A stretch of 64,000 nt of DNA from Planctomycetota bacterium (lineage in GTDB: Bacteria > Planctomycetota > UBA1135). Shown piece after piece: positions 62,674-64,000 of the stretch. The notes beneath the pieces are model-generated. The model saw only the letters and a list, made by a program, of their open reading frames with translations. It did no database searches and was not told the origin of the DNA. The DNA lies in contig JASFYO010000005.1 of NCBI GenBank assembly GCA_045047305.1, positions 297-64,296 of the forward strand, given 5' to 3'. The position numbers and the translations under genes are program-made. Position 1 is the stretch's first letter. Every line of letters starts with the position of its first letter.

Positions 62674-63990
62674 TTATCCACCCCATTGATAGCCTGCTCG
62701 CTCCGCGGCGTCACGGTCCAAAAAAGGTTGCAGGTTTTCTGACCGAATGCGAAGAGCTGCGCCAGAAAACAATGCATGAACCTTGTTGGTTGAACGGCAG
62801 CCAGCATATTCCACCGCAAGCTGAGTATCACAATAGGTACACAAAAAGCTCCGGCGTGCCGCTCCGATCACCCGCCAAGATGCCGAGAGCCCTTCAGCAC
62901 GGGAAACGCAGGCTGGATTAGGGCAGGGACCCAGCTGCTCGTCGGGGCTGCCGGCCGGTAAGGGCGACAAATACGGCAGCGGCCAGCGGTCTTGACGCAA
63001 CATAGCGAGATAAATCGCTTGGCGTACCACCGGGCCCAGCTTGGCTTGCTCAAAGTAAAGCGCGCGTGGGTCTTCATCGATTTCCGCCGGGAGCTCTCCA
63101 AGTCGTGGCAGGGGATGCAAAATCTTACATTCAGCGAGCAAAGGGTTTTGCATTTGAGCCGGCGTCAATCCGGGATAGGAGCCGTGCCCCGCTTCGGCCC
63201 CCCGCTCAGCCTGAAGACGCGTGAGATAGAGCGCATCGAGGGCGTCAATCGCTGGCACCTCTTCACGAAACAGAGATTTCTGCACCAACCCTTTCGGCTC
63301 CAGCACGCGAGCCTCTGCATTACCTGTCCAATCACCAAACAATGGGTGCTTAACCCACCGTAAACGATAGTCGAAGCGATCCAAGATACGACGCTCAAAG
63401 CCGGCTTCCCAATCCAGGCCTACTCCGGGCAACAACACAATGCGTACTCCCAAAACTGCAAGTGCCCAAACCAAGGAACGTGCGGTGCGGCCATTGCGCA
63501 AGTCCCCCATCACTGCAACTGTGCGACCAGCAAAATCACCCCATTCACGGTATAGCGTGTATAGATCCACCAAGGTTTGCGTTGGATGGCCGAGGCGGCC
63601 GTCACCGCCATTCACCACTGGCACCTGGGTTACTTGGCTGGCGAGTCGAGACGCTCCATCGAGCGGATGGCGCAACACTAAGAGATCCACATAACTGCCA
63701 ATCACCCGCGCCATATCAACCAAGCTTTCTCCCTTACTTTCACTCGAAGTTTTAGGGTCGGCCATAGAGATAACCGAGGCGCCAAGCCGGTGCGCGGCGG
63801 CTTCGAAGGAGAGGCGCGTGCGCGTGGATGGCTCCGCAAATACGGTAGCGATCACCGAACCGCGCAAAGCATCTTCAAAATCACTTGGTCGTGCCTCCAG
63901 TTCCTCCACTCGCTGAAAGAAAGCTTGCAGGAAAGGCGTGTTTAGGGCTTCCGAAGAATGGAGACCCTCCATGACCGGCAAGAGATGCAT
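62674..63990 (-). CDS. pyrB: Aspartate carbamoyltransferase catalytic chain fused to a PyrI-type zinc domain
   Basis: The PyrB motifs are EPSTRTRLSFE, GHPTQ, GDLRNGRTA and HPLPR. The C-terminal CPNPACVSRAEGLSASWRVIGAARRSFLCTYCD reproduces the 4-Cys zinc domain of the regulatory chain (compare E. coli CPNSNCISH...CKYCE). Confidence 0.85.
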   Translation of the reverse strand: MHLLPVMEGLHSSEALNTPFLQAFFQRVEELEARPSDFEDALRGSVIATVFAEPSTRTRLSFEAAAHRLGASVISMADPKTSSESKGESLVDMARVIGSYVDLLVLRHPLDGASRLASQVTQVPVVNGGDGRLGHPTQTLVDLYTLYREWGDFAGRTVAVMGDLRNGRTARSLVWALAVLGVRIVLLPGVGLDWEAGFERRILDRFDYRLRWVKHPLFGDWTGNAEARVLEPKGLVQKSLFREEVPAIDALDALYLTRLQAERGAEAGHGSYPGLTPAQMQNPLLAECKILHPLPRLGELPAEIDEDPRALYFEQAKLGPVVRQAIYLAMLRQDRWPLPYLSPLPAGSPDEQLGPCPNPACVSRAEGLSASWRVIGAARRSFLCTYCDTQLAVEYAGCRSTNKVHALFSGAALRIRSENLQPFLDRDAAERAGYQWGG

Positions 63991-64000
63991 CGGGCGATTA

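Noticed and set aside
1-64000. Search for mobile elements, prophage, CRISPR arrays, toxin-antitoxin pairs or known defence systems
   Set aside because: No transposase, integrase or recombinase, Cas protein, restriction-modification enzyme, abortive-infection nuclease or repeat-spacer signatures were recognisable in any frame. No flanking direct repeats or tRNA integration sites were seen.

Overview
A 64-kb, gene-dense chromosomal segment (about 57 protein genes) from a moderately GC-rich diderm bacterium. It has very many predicted lipoproteins, weak Shine-Dalgarno signals and frequent ATGA/GTGA start-stop overlaps. A PVC-superphylum origin is possible but is only a guess. I found no rRNA, tRNA, CRISPR array, transposase or integrase.

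Housekeeping content:
- the start of a dcw cluster (mraZ-rsmH-ftsL-ftsI)
- der, queE, a family-4 UDG, ridA, coaD, tatD, nrnA
- proline dehydrogenase, comEC and comM
- a peptide-type ABC importer and a DASS transporter
- a pyrB gene with a fused PyrI zinc domain

Two regions stand out.

1. 7.6-20.8 kb. Two paralogous secretins are made as lipoproteins with TPR-rich N-terminal regions. They bracket two large TPR proteins, a TolQ/ExbB-type proton channel, two ExbD/TolR paralogues and a PLP-dependent decarboxylase. The cluster has no secretion ATPase, inner-membrane platform or TonB/TolA partner. This is a candidate uncharacterised PMF-coupled trans-envelope machine.

2. 42.3-62.5 kb. Four lipoproteins of about 1050-1200 aa fall into two families. 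Both carry SbsA-Ig-like modules and one also has glycine-rich repeats. Three of them form a translationally coupled operon. They are interspersed with a pseudopilin, a prepilin peptidase, an OmpA-like lipoprotein and an EF-G paralogue with degenerate GTPase motifs.

All functional calls rest on motif recognition by eye. No database search was run.
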